Notes: generated by a model not told the origin, from the letters alone. Shown: positions 30,534 through 39,491, numbered from the stretch's first letter. The stretch: DNA of 64,000 bases from an uncultured delta proteobacterium (GCA_963765675.1 CAVXXK010000001.1:1600001-1664000); one strand, 5' to 3'. Translations and numbers: made by a program.

Positions 30534-31171
30534 GCGGATGCACTCGCGCAGGCGCAGTTGAGGTTTCGCAACGGTTCATGTATCCGCGACGCGTAGCCGT
30601 CGAACTCGACCAGGGCGGCGCGTGGCGCGGCGTCGTATCCGGCAAGGAGCTTGAACGCTTCCGCAGTCGCAGCCATCGCGACGAGTCCGGCTTGGGAAGA
30701 GCGCTTGCCAAACGGTTTCGCGAGTAGAGAATCGGAGCAGAGCGCGCACGGCGGTGGAGCAGGGAAGACGCCGATCCGCGCTGGCGAATCGAGCCGCGCA
30801 ACGACGCTCGGGACGCGGACGAGTTTGGCGCAGAGCGCGCGCGCCGGCGACAGAGCGCCGGCATCGCCGATGATCGCAAAGAGAAGATTCGCGGTGCGCG
30901 CGGAATCGTCTGGTGCGAACGTGGTGACGGTGGAATCGGGATTGAGCGCGCGCATCGCGATGGCGAGTTCGTTGATATCGGCGGCATCGCCGTCGAGATA
31001 GATTCGTCCGACTCCCGCGCCGGCCAGATAAGCAAGCGGCGCCTCGAGGTCCTGACGGTCGCTGACGATAACGATCCGCGCGGCGAGCAGGCGTTCCTGC
31101 GCGCGGCCGCCGACACGCGGCACGATTATCTGGCGGCTATAGCGTTCGATTTGTGTGTCACTCAGCGGCAT
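30530..31171 (-). CDS. Degenerate ThiF/MoeB-like protein
   Basis: LSDTQIERYSRQII..GGRAQERL, YLAGAGVG, CxxC and CxC are present, but the GxGxxG motif is absent. Confidence 0.75.
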   Translation of the reverse strand: MPLSDTQIERYSRQIIVPRVGGRAQERLLAARIVIVSDRQDLEAPLAYLAGAGVGRIYLDGDAADINELAIAMRALNPDSTVTTFAPDDSARTANLLFAIIGDAGALSPARALCAKLVRVPSVVARLDSPARIGVFPAPPPCALCSDSLLAKPFGKRSSQAGLVAMAATAEAFKLLAGYDAAPRAALVEFDGYASRIHEPLRNLNCACASASA

Positions 31172-31477
31172 CGGGTGTTCGTGGATAGCAGATAGCGCGC
31201 CGGACATTCGCGGCGCGAAAGAGAACAGGTTACACAGATTATCGCAGATCAAGAACCGCCGCGACGCAGGGCGAATCACAGGCCCAGTGGGCATGAAGTG
31301 ATGCCCTCGTCCGACGGCTTTTGCCGGGATCGCGGTGGGTTCGTTTGGTAAATTTTCTATGGGCTCAAAAAATAAACTCCTTGAAGACGCTGGCAATTTT
31401 TGCCTGATGGGTCCGTTTTAAGCGTCTTTTTGGTACCTCGATTTTCGGAAGATTTGAGGCGCGGGAAAAAAAGACTA

Positions 31478-31587
31478 AACACGAAGACACCAAGGAATAG
31501 GAAGACACTAAGACGCGAAGAATACGCATTTCCACGCGCGGCGCGCGGAAATGCGTCAGTTCTTTGTGCCTTGGTGTCTTGGTGGTT
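31478..31587. repeat. CACCAAG/CTTGGTG-type palindromic repeat
   Basis: Tandem (GA)CACCAAG-like units pair with CTTGGTGTCTTGGTG around a central ACGCATTTCC..GGAAATGCGT hairpin. Confidence 0.6.
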
Positions 31588-32018
31588 GGATTGATGCCTG
31601 CGGCTGGTCGCGGCGGCATTCTCGTCGAGAAAAGCTCGCAGAGATCTCCCGGCGGATGTGCTGATCGCTTCCACGCGATCAGCTTTGCACGAAGTGGATT
31701 TGGGCATAAGGCTGAACAGTTCAGCCATGAACAAATCTGGCAAAAACCCGAACGATCGTTAGGTTGAAAGAGCGGTGCTCATGATGCGTTTGGTCGCTCT
31801 CTCCCAAGGTTTTTCTCGTCCTGGAAGGGAGAGGCCAGATGCAGGACCCTTAAATTTGGACGCGCGCAAAATGTGCGGCTATATCTCTTTTTTAATCGCG
31901 CGGCGCTTCGCGCCCCGCTGAAAAATGTCCGTCACCTGATCTCCGTTTCAGGGTGAGGAATATCCTTGCCACGTGTGGTGATGACAGTGTCCACCATATC
32001 GCCTAAGCTCTCTCCTCG

Positions 32019-33707
32019 ATGGCCGCGAACCTGCTTTTCTTTGGCGATAACCTCAAAGTTCTGCGCGAAAATATCGCTACCGAATCGGTTGATCTGGTTT
32101 ACTTGGATCCGCCGTTTAACTCTGAGCGCGATTACAACGTGCTGTTTAAAGAGCATGGCACGGAATCCGAAGCGCAGATCCGCGCCTTCGAGGACTATTG
32201 GCACTGGGATCTCCAGGCGGAGCGCACCTATCGCGAGTTGACCGCTGTAGATGCCGAGAACAACGGCGTCCCGGGGCGCTTAGTGTCCCTTACGGAATCG
32301 CTGCGCGCATTCCTCGGCACCAGCGACATGATGGCCTACCTTGTGATGATGGCGATTCGGCTCGCCGAGCTGCGCCGCGTGCTGAAGCCGACAGGCTCCA
32401 TTTACCTGCACTGCGACCCAACCGCAAGCCACTACATAAAACTGACCTTGGACGGGATTTTCGGTCCAGAGAATTTTCTTAACGAAATCGTTTGGCAGCG
32501 GACAGCATCCAAAGGGCTTACGAAGCGACGCTTGGCGAGCAACCACGACACGGTTTTTGCCTATCGGCGATCTGACCAGGCCATTTGGAATGAGAGTTCA
32601 ACGTTTGAACCCTATATCGAATCTCAACTCGATCCGAAAACCGCGTCCAAGTACGCGCAGCAGGATTCTGATGGCCGGCGCTATCAGCTCACAAGTCTGA
32701 TCAATCCCAACCCCAATCGCCCCAACCTCACGTACGAGTTTCTTGGAGTCACACGTGTTTGGCGCTGGACAAGGGAAAGGATGAACGCGGCGTACCAAGC
32801 CGGCGAGATTGTTCAGTCAAAGCCCGACTCAATTCCGCGTTTCAAGCGGTATCTCGACGAGCAACGCGGACATCCTTTAGGAGACGTATGGGGTGACATT
32901 CGCCCACTGAATTCTCAAGCGGCGGAGCGGTTAGGGTATCCCACTCAGAAGCCAGTTGAACTGCTCGAGAGAATCATTTCCCTATCTTCGAATGAAGCAG
33001 ACGTAGTCCTCGATCCATTCTGCGGATGCGGCACTGCTTTGCACGCCGCCGAGCGATTGAAACGGCGCTGGATCGGTATCGACATTACGCATCTCGCGAT
33101 CGGCCTCATCCGCAATCGGCTCGATACTGCTTTCCCGGGTATCAAGTACGAAGTACACGGGGTACCAGCCGACGCGGAGGGCGCCCGATCGTTGGCCGAG
33201 TCCGATCCCTACGATTTCCAATGGTGGGCGCTCCCGCTCATTGGCGCGCGACCTGTGGCCAACAGCGACCCCGGCGCTACGCGCGGAAAGAAGGGGATGG
33301 ACCGTGGAATCGATGGCGTAATCCGGTTCATCGACGACCCTGCATCAGGCCGCAGCAATCGAATCGTCGTTTCCGTGAAGGCCGGAAGGCATCTGAATCC
33401 TGCGATGGTTCGCGATCTGCGTGGAACCATCGAACGTGAGAAAGTTCCGATCGGCGTGCTGCTCTCGATGTATGAGCCGACATCTGAGATGCGTTCGGAA
33501 GCGGCGAAGGCGGGCTTCTGGCATTCCGATTCCTGGGGACGTGACTATCCGCGTGTCCAGCTTCTGACGATCGAAGAAGTATTTGGCGGAAAGAGAGTCG
33601 AATATCCGGGGCGCGATGTGACGCTACAAGCCGCGCCCGCGGAAGCTGCCATGCGCGAGAATCTGCCACTTCCTGGCGTGAAGCCAGCATCGCGGACGAA
33701 GCGTTGA
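32019..33707 (+). CDS. N6/N4 DNA methyltransferase fused to an Mrr-like PD-(D/E)xK domain
   Basis: DPPF precedes YPTQKP and DPFCGCGT (beta order). The C-terminus has DRGIDG..VSVKAG..VRDLRGT. Confidence 0.88.
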   Translation: MAANLLFFGDNLKVLRENIATESVDLVYLDPPFNSERDYNVLFKEHGTESEAQIRAFEDYWHWDLQAERTYRELTAVDAENNGVPGRLVSLTESLRAFLGTSDMMAYLVMMAIRLAELRRVLKPTGSIYLHCDPTASHYIKLTLDGIFGPENFLNEIVWQRTASKGLTKRRLASNHDTVFAYRRSDQAIWNESSTFEPYIESQLDPKTASKYAQQDSDGRRYQLTSLINPNPNRPNLTYEFLGVTRVWRWTRERMNAAYQAGEIVQSKPDSIPRFKRYLDEQRGHPLGDVWGDIRPLNSQAAERLGYPTQKPVELLERIISLSSNEADVVLDPFCGCGTALHAAERLKRRWIGIDITHLAIGLIRNRLDTAFPGIKYEVHGVPADAEGARSLAESDPYDFQWWALPLIGARPVANSDPGATRGKKGMDRGIDGVIRFIDDPASGRSNRIVVSVKAGRHLNPAMVRDLRGTIEREKVPIGVLLSMYEPTSEMRSEAAKAGFWHSDSWGRDYPRVQLLTIEEVFGGKRVEYPGRDVTLQAAPAEAAMRENLPLPGVKPASRTKR

Positions 33708-33787
33708 ATCGCGTTGCCGCGAATTCAGGGGCGTCGAACGCCGTCAGCTCGTGGGGTCGCGCGCCGTGCGTTCGTCCAAACCTCCGC

Positions 33788-34495
33788 CTAAGGCAACCAC
33801 CGCAGCGTGAATAGACTTACCCAGAGAATCCAAACCATCAGCCAGACTAAAATGCCGATGGAGACCGTCCGGAATAGAGAGAAACGGATCCAAGCTTTCG
33901 GTCGCCAAAGCACATTGGCCAAGTTGTCCAAGAACCGGGCTGCGTTGTCTCGATCTTTTGGTTCTAACAGCGATAGAGTAGCCGACTTTCGATCGATGAG
34001 ACCGCGCCGTTCAGTTTCGTCGAGCGCCCAACGTACGCCGTCTCGAAAATTAAGAAGGTACTGAGCCTGCCTGCCCTGCTCGTACCTCGCTTGAGCAAGT
34101 CGGACGGAGGCCATTCCGCCCCACGGATCCGACACACCACCGAGGGCTGCGGGCAGGTTAGCCTTACACTCCAGATCGAAGCGTCGGATCGAAGCGGCGA
34201 GCGCCTTTAGCCGGCGAGCGGCGTCAACATCTCTACGATATTCGCTAAACACTCCGACTGCACAAATGACCGGAAGAACAAAAAGGGCATACATCCAGAA
34301 GGAAGGCGGCCTCATTCTGTTCAAGATTGCGGCGGCATTGATCGGCGGTATTCCTGGCTGAAGCACCAGAATTATAACAACAAGAGCTGAAACGGATAGC
34401 ACCGCTCCGTAACGCGGTGCACTTGGAAGTAGCGTCAGACCTCCGACGAGAACTCCGGCTACCACGGTGATGAGCAATTCGTTGAGATTCGCCAT
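33788..34495 (-). CDS. Hypothetical membrane protein
   Basis: Three N-terminal TM segments and one C-terminal TM segment; lower GC than its neighbours. Confidence 0.55.
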   Translation of the reverse strand: MANLNELLITVVAGVLVGGLTLLPSAPRYGAVLSVSALVVIILVLQPGIPPINAAAILNRMRPPSFWMYALFVLPVICAVGVFSEYRRDVDAARRLKALAASIRRFDLECKANLPAALGGVSDPWGGMASVRLAQARYEQGRQAQYLLNFRDGVRWALDETERRGLIDRKSATLSLLEPKDRDNAARFLDNLANVLWRPKAWIRFSLFRTVSIGILVWLMVWILWVSLFTLRWLP

Positions 34496-34654
34496 AGCTC
34501 GACCCAGAGATAACGTATCTCGCACTGCCCTTGAAACTGCGCGGATTTGCGGATCATCTAATACCGCCGAAGGCGAATTGTGATTGCGCCGCTGCGAACG
34601 AAGAACCTTTGTCTGACCCGTGTGCGTCTGCGATTCAAAAAATGCAGAGCAGCA

Positions 34655-34731
34655 CCCTCACCCACGCATCACGATGCTTGCGAAAAGAGCGCAAGCATCG
34701 CGCCGCGTCGCCCTCTCCCGGCGGGAGAGGG
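34655..34731. repeat. Solo right end of the DUF559-element family
   Basis: CCCTCACCC, then a stem with an AAAAGAG loop, then CCCTCTCCC..GGGAGAGGG. Confidence 0.7.
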
Positions 34732-34800
34732 TATCAGCGTGCGGATCCGTTTCTGAGTCGCGCGGCGCTGGCGCGCCGCGGTGAAAAATGTCCCTTACCC

Positions 34801-34912
34801 ATTGAACACTTGGTGCCCTCGCCCGACGGCGACGATGATTTTGTCGGGATCGGCACTCCAGGTGAAGGGCTTGGGTTGTTGTTGGTTTCGGCGAGGAAGC
34901 GGTTGATGGCGG
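34801..34912 (-). mobile_element. IS630-family transposase C-terminal remnant
   Basis: Minus strand reads AINRFLAETNNNP, a frameshift, then KPFTWSADPDKIIVAVGRGHQV, matching the IS630 tail pattern as I recall it. Confidence 0.7.
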
Positions 34913-34960
34913 GCGAGCCTAGGGAATCTCCCTTCGGAACCTTCCGTCAGGTTCTATCGA

Positions 34961-35503
34961 CTAGTGGACTCCTTGGTCTGCCTTTTTGCATTTCGAGAGA
35001 ATATCGTCGACAACGCGGGCGATCGGCGCAGTGGCGTCAATGCTCATCGCATTCTTCGGAACATCCTCTTTCGTTGCATACAATCGCGCAATGAGTTCGC
35101 GTTCCTCTGGTTTTCCGCCGAAGTCAGTTGGGTCCAGTGCCACGCGCTCATCAATCCGCCGGTTCATGGTGTCCAGGTCGACCTCCAGGACAAACACGCC
35201 GTCAAGTAAGTCGATGAATTTTGAAAAATTCCTCGAACCGCCGCAGAAAAAGGTGACCGCCTCATCCTGATTGGCGACGTAGGCTTTTACTTTCTCCACA
35301 TCCCAAATCCAGTGCTTGGACAACCAGGTAACCGTCGGTGTACCCGTTTCCGGAGCCGTCGGTAGACCTGTTTCCGGATCGCCTCGATACACCAATTCCC
35401 GGTCACCATGAATGGCCTGGTATCCGCGCCGCTGCAATTCTGTGCAGACCGCGGTTTTGCCGGCGCCGGAAACGCCTTCGATCAAATAGTTTCTGACACC
35501 CAT
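34961..35503 (-). CDS. P-loop nucleoside/nucleotide kinase-like protein
   Basis: NYLIEGVSGAGKT, FFCGGSRN and IDATAP motifs. Confidence 0.82.
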   Translation of the reverse strand: MGVRNYLIEGVSGAGKTAVCTELQRRGYQAIHGDRELVYRGDPETGLPTAPETGTPTVTWLSKHWIWDVEKVKAYVANQDEAVTFFCGGSRNFSKFIDLLDGVFVLEVDLDTMNRRIDERVALDPTDFGGKPEERELIARLYATKEDVPKNAMSIDATAPIARVVDDILSKCKKADQGVH

Positions 35504-35611
35504 TTCCGCTCTGGTTGATCGCTCGCTCATGAGCCGTCGGGGTGTAACGGCGCGATTACCTTAACTCGGTTGCTTCCACTCAGAAAGTGCCACGTACCCC
35601 GGGTGCCGAGG

Positions 35612-35811
35612 CGAGATTTCCTTCGGCGTTGCTCGGGACAAGCTCTCGCGATTCCTGCCGTGCAATGTGACCTGGATGGCACCAGATGCATTACCTGCGC
35701 GCGCTCGGAATGACACAAAACCTCGCGAGAGCTGTCATTTCGAGCGCGAAGCGAATGTGGGTTTCGTGTCGTGCATATGGTTACGCGCCGCGTGCGTCGC
35801 GAGAAATCTCG
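35612..35811. repeat. GTCATT(C/T)CGAGC-type REP doublet with a nested insertion
   Basis: 35700-35715 pairs with 35733-35748. The outer arm CGAGATTTC|TCGCGA is split by 25 nt. Confidence 0.6.
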
Positions 35812-35886
35812 GCAGCTGCGATAGCAGCCCAGCGCAATGGGTTACGCAAAGCTCCTCTTTCAGGGCGGCGGGGGATCAGATACGCG

Positions 35887-36132
35887 CTACTCGATTACGT
35901 TTTTTTCTATGGTCTCGACGGTTACGCCGGAGGAGCGGAGCCATACGATTGCGCGCTCGATTTGGTCGCGGGTGCCCTCGAATTCGAGCGCTACCAGGCC
36001 CATCTCCTCGGATACGCTGGCGCCGCGGATGTTGAATACCAGGTCGAACTTCTTCACCAGGTGATAAAGCAGCGGCTCCTTGATCAGCGAGCGTGGGTAG
36101 CTCAAGTAGTAGCGTTCGTGGATGCGTTCCAT
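35887..36132 (-). CDS. NIL domain protein
   Basis: EPLLYHLVKKFDLVFNIRGASV..GLVALEFEG..GVTVE. Confidence 0.88.
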   Translation of the reverse strand: MERIHERYYLSYPRSLIKEPLLYHLVKKFDLVFNIRGASVSEEMGLVALEFEGTRDQIERAIVWLRSSGVTVETIEKNVIE

Positions 36133-37164
36133 TTAGCGGTCACCTGCGGAGCGCTTGCGATGCCACTCCTGCCATCCGATCCATAAGTTGGTCGATAGGT
36201 ACTTGTCGCCGAAGTCGGGAAAGATCGTCACCACGCATCCTTCCTTGAGCGATTGCGCGACCTTGATCGCCGCGATCATCGCGGCGCCCGACGATTGCCC
36301 GACCAGGATGCCTTCGTCGTGGCCGAGCGCGTACACCATGTCGTAGGCTTCTTCGGTGCCGACCGCGATTTTCGAGTCGAGCTCGTTTTCGTGGTAGATG
36401 CCGGGGACGATCGACGACGCCATGTGCTTGAGCCCCTCGAGCCCGTGCATCGCATCGTCCGGCTCGACGCCGATCACCTGGATGCGCGGATTTACTGACT
36501 TGAGGTAGCGCCCGGTTCCCATCAGGGTGCCGCCGGTGCCCATCGCGGCCACGAAGTGCGTTACTTTGCCCGCGGTCTGATGCCAGATTTCGGGGCCGGT
36601 GGTTTCGAAATGGGCCAGGGGATTGGCTTCGTTATTATATTGATCGGGCTTGAAGTACTTGCCGGGGTTCTGCTCGATCAGCTTGCGGCAGAGCATGATC
36701 GCGCCGTCGGAAGATTCCATCGCGTCGGAGAAAGTGATCGTCGCGCCGTACGCCTCGATAATCTTTTTGCGCTCGCGGCTGACGTTTTCCGCCATCACCA
36801 GCTCGACCGGATAGCCGACTACCGCACCGACCATCGCGAGCGCGATTCCGGTGTTGCCGGAGGTCGAGTCGATGATGGTCTTGCCGGGACGCAGGCTGCC
36901 GTCGGCGAGACCAACTTCGATCATCTTTTTCGCGGCGCGATCTTTCACCGAGCCGCCGGGGTTGAAGCCTTCGAGCTTGGCGAAGATCCGCACTCCGGGG
37001 GCGAGCAATCCGCGCACATGCCGTACGATCTCGAGCATCGGCGTGTTGCCGATAAGCTCGAGCACGCTTTTGGCGCGCGCGGCCGGAACGACCTCATGCT
37101 CGAGGTCGTGCGGCAGCTTAGCGTCCGCCAGCGATCGCCGGGACGATTGAAATGTCGTCGCCAT
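36133..37164 (-). CDS. cysM: Cysteine synthase (CysM-like, PLP)
   Basis: IGNTP, KLEGFNPGGSVKDR, TSGNTG and MGTGGT motifs. Start uncertain because it overlaps the MoaD-like gene. Confidence 0.88.
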   Translation of the reverse strand: MATTFQSSRRSLADAKLPHDLEHEVVPAARAKSVLELIGNTPMLEIVRHVRGLLAPGVRIFAKLEGFNPGGSVKDRAAKKMIEVGLADGSLRPGKTIIDSTSGNTGIALAMVGAVVGYPVELVMAENVSRERKKIIEAYGATITFSDAMESSDGAIMLCRKLIEQNPGKYFKPDQYNNEANPLAHFETTGPEIWHQTAGKVTHFVAAMGTGGTLMGTGRYLKSVNPRIQVIGVEPDDAMHGLEGLKHMASSIVPGIYHENELDSKIAVGTEEAYDMVYALGHDEGILVGQSSGAAMIAAIKVAQSLKEGCVVTIFPDFGDKYLSTNLWIGWQEWHRKRSAGDR

Positions 37165-37396
37165 CCTTGACCTTGGAATTGAGTGACTCGAGGAAGCGGA
37201 TGTCGTCGCCGTTCAGATAGATATTGACGAAGCGGCGAATCTCGCCCTTGTCGTCAAGCAGGCGCTCGCGGATTCCCGGATGGCGCCGCTCGAGATCTTC
37301 GAGCACCAGGCGGATCGAGGCGCCGTCGGCGGGGACTTCGTCGACACCGGCGGTGAAACGGCGAAGCGGGGTTGGGACTCTGACCTTTACTGGCAT
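37118..37396 (-). CDS. MoaD/ThiS/CysO-type sulfur carrier protein
   Basis: VPTPLR, FVNIYLN..DIRF and C-terminal PAIAGG-R*. Confidence 0.92.
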   Translation of the reverse strand: MPVKVRVPTPLRRFTAGVDEVPADGASIRLVLEDLERRHPGIRERLLDDKGEIRRFVNIYLNGDDIRFLESLNSKVKDGDDISIVPAIAGGR

Positions 37397-37492
37397 TGGA
37401 TGCTCTCTACCTCCGTTCTGGATCTTGATGCTTATGCCGCGGGTGCGCGGCAGACAACCGATGCGCACTTAATCTGTCAGTAAATTGCACCT

Positions 37493-38755
37493 TCATGCGG
37501 CGCTGTTTGCGGCGCGTTTGCCGCCTGCGAGGCGCTCGAATAGCGCGTCGAATTCGCCCAGCCGCGCGTCGATCACCATCGGCTTTTCGATCGAGCCGGC
37601 CACCGCTTCGAGCGTCTTGTAGCCGTTGCCGGTGATCGAGACGACGGTGGTCTCGTCGGGTTTGATTCGGCCCTGGCGCGCGAGCTTGATCGCGACGGCG
37701 AGCGTGGTGCCGCCGGCGGGCTCGGCAAAAATGCCCTCGGTGCGCGCGAGCAGCTTGATCGCGTCGATAATTTCGGGGTCGGTGGCAGATTCGCCCCATC
37801 CTCCGGACTCGCGCACTGCGCGCAGGACGTAGAAGCCATCGGCGGGATTTCCGATCGCGATCGATTTGGCGATAGTGTCCGGCTTCACCGGCGTGATCAG
37901 GTCGGTGCCCTTGTGCAGCGCGTGGATCACCGGCGCGGAGCCGGTAGCCTGCGCGGAAAAGATCTTGAATACGTCGCTCTTGATCAGCCCGACTTCCTTC
38001 AGCTCCTTAAATGCCTTGGCGACTTTCGGCAGAATGGTGCCGCCGGCGGTCGGGACGACGATATTGTCGGGCAGCCTCCATCCGAGCTGCTCGGCGATTT
38101 CGAAGCCAAAGGTCTTTGCGCCCTCGGTGTAGTAGGGGCGCAGATTGATATTGACGAAGGCCCATCCGTACTTGTCCGCGATTTCGCTGCACAGCCGATT
38201 CACGTCGTCGTAGTTGCCGCGGATCGTGATCACCTGCGCGCCGTATATGGTCGAGCCGACGATCTTTCCGGCCTCGACGTTCTCGGGCATGAAGATGTAG
38301 CACTTGAGTCCGGCGCGCGCGGCGTGCGCGGCGACTGCGGTTGCAAGGTTGCCGGTCGAGGCGCAGGAGACGGTGGTGAAGCCGAACTCGATCGCCTTGG
38401 TGATTGCGACCGAGACCACGCGGTCTTTGTATGACAGCGTCGGATGATTGACGGTGTCATCCTTGACGTAGAGATGGTGGAGTCCGAGCTCGGCGCCAAG
38501 GCGTTTGCAGTGCACCAGCGGAGTGAAGCCGGAATGCGGTCCGATGACGGGCTCGCTATCTACGGGCAGCAGCTCGCGGTAGCGCCACAGATTATGCGGC
38601 CGCGATTCGATTTTCGCGCGCGAGATCGCCGCGCGAATTTTCGCGTAGTCGTAGGTGACCTCGAGCGGGCCGAAACAGGTCTCGCATACGTGCAGCGGCG
38701 CGATCGGATATTCCTGTCCGCACTCCTTGCATTTCAAATTGTTGATGAAGCTCAT
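37493..38755 (-). CDS. Threonine synthase-like PLP enzyme (possible MetM-type homocysteine synthase)
   Basis: N-terminal CxxC..CxxC, PTLSYKDR, ASTGN and ITGNG motifs; sits next to a sulfur carrier gene downstream of a SAM riboswitch. Confidence 0.85.
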   Translation of the reverse strand: MSFINNLKCKECGQEYPIAPLHVCETCFGPLEVTYDYAKIRAAISRAKIESRPHNLWRYRELLPVDSEPVIGPHSGFTPLVHCKRLGAELGLHHLYVKDDTVNHPTLSYKDRVVSVAITKAIEFGFTTVSCASTGNLATAVAAHAARAGLKCYIFMPENVEAGKIVGSTIYGAQVITIRGNYDDVNRLCSEIADKYGWAFVNINLRPYYTEGAKTFGFEIAEQLGWRLPDNIVVPTAGGTILPKVAKAFKELKEVGLIKSDVFKIFSAQATGSAPVIHALHKGTDLITPVKPDTIAKSIAIGNPADGFYVLRAVRESGGWGESATDPEIIDAIKLLARTEGIFAEPAGGTTLAVAIKLARQGRIKPDETTVVSITGNGYKTLEAVAGSIEKPMVIDARLGEFDALFERLAGGKRAANSAA

Positions 38756-38774
38756 GATTCCCCTCATTCTCCCG

Positions 38775-39491
38775 TCATTCTAATTGACGAGCAGTCTCGG
38801 CTGCGCCTGATTTCACGCGTAGCGCCGCTCCGCAGGCGCATCCTTCGCGCGCGGCCACGTCCGTCAGCCGGAAGCGCGCGGAAATTGTCGCGTCGTAGGT
38901 AAGAATCCGTCCGGCGAGCGACGGTGTCGCGCCGCGTATATACGCGAGCGCCTCGGCCGCCTGGATCTCTCCGATCGCGCCGGCGACTGGGCCGATAATT
39001 CCCGCGTCGCGGCACGAGGCGATTTCACCCGGCTCCGGCGGCGCTTCGAACAGGCATCGCAAACACGCCGAGCGTCCGGGCAGAATCGTCATCGCCTGGC
39101 CCGCCATCCCGAGCACGCCGCCATATACGAACGGGCGATCGACAGCGGATGCGATATCGTTAATGAGAAACTTCACGGACGGATCGTCGGTCGCGTCGAT
39201 TGTGAAATCGTGCGCGGCGGCGAGGGCAGGGCCGTTGATTGCGTCGAAGGCGATCTGGCGGGCGCTGATCTCGACGCGCGGAAACGCGAGGCTCAATCGG
39301 CGCGCGGCAGCTTCTACCTTGGGCTTGCCGAGATCCTCGATTCGATAGATCACCTGGCGCGCGAGATTCGAGAGATCGACGGGATCGGGATCAACGATCG
39401 TGATAATTGCGTTGCCCGCGCGCGCGAGCGCCCACGCGGCGGGCGCGCCCAGTCCTCCGGCTCCGATTATCAATATGCGTCGATCAGGCAA
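38775..39491 (-). CDS. ThiF/MoeB adenylyltransferase
   Basis: IIGAGGLG, DPVDLSNLARQ, DATD, CLRC and SCRDAGIIG motifs. TTG start inferred downstream of the riboswitch terminator. Confidence 0.9.
   Translation of the reverse strand: MPDRRILIIGAGGLGAPAAWALARAGNAIITIVDPDPVDLSNLARQVIYRIEDLGKPKVEAAARRLSLAFPRVEISARQIAFDAINGPALAAAHDFTIDATDDPSVKFLINDIASAVDRPFVYGGVLGMAGQAMTILPGRSACLRCLFEAPPEPGEIASCRDAGIIGPVAGAIGEIQAAEALAYIRGATPSLAGRILTYDATISARFRLTDVAAREGCACGAALRVKSGAAETARQLE

Noticed and set aside
31357-31767. Short ORFs in the island
   Set aside because: They run through palindromic repeats and show no motifs.
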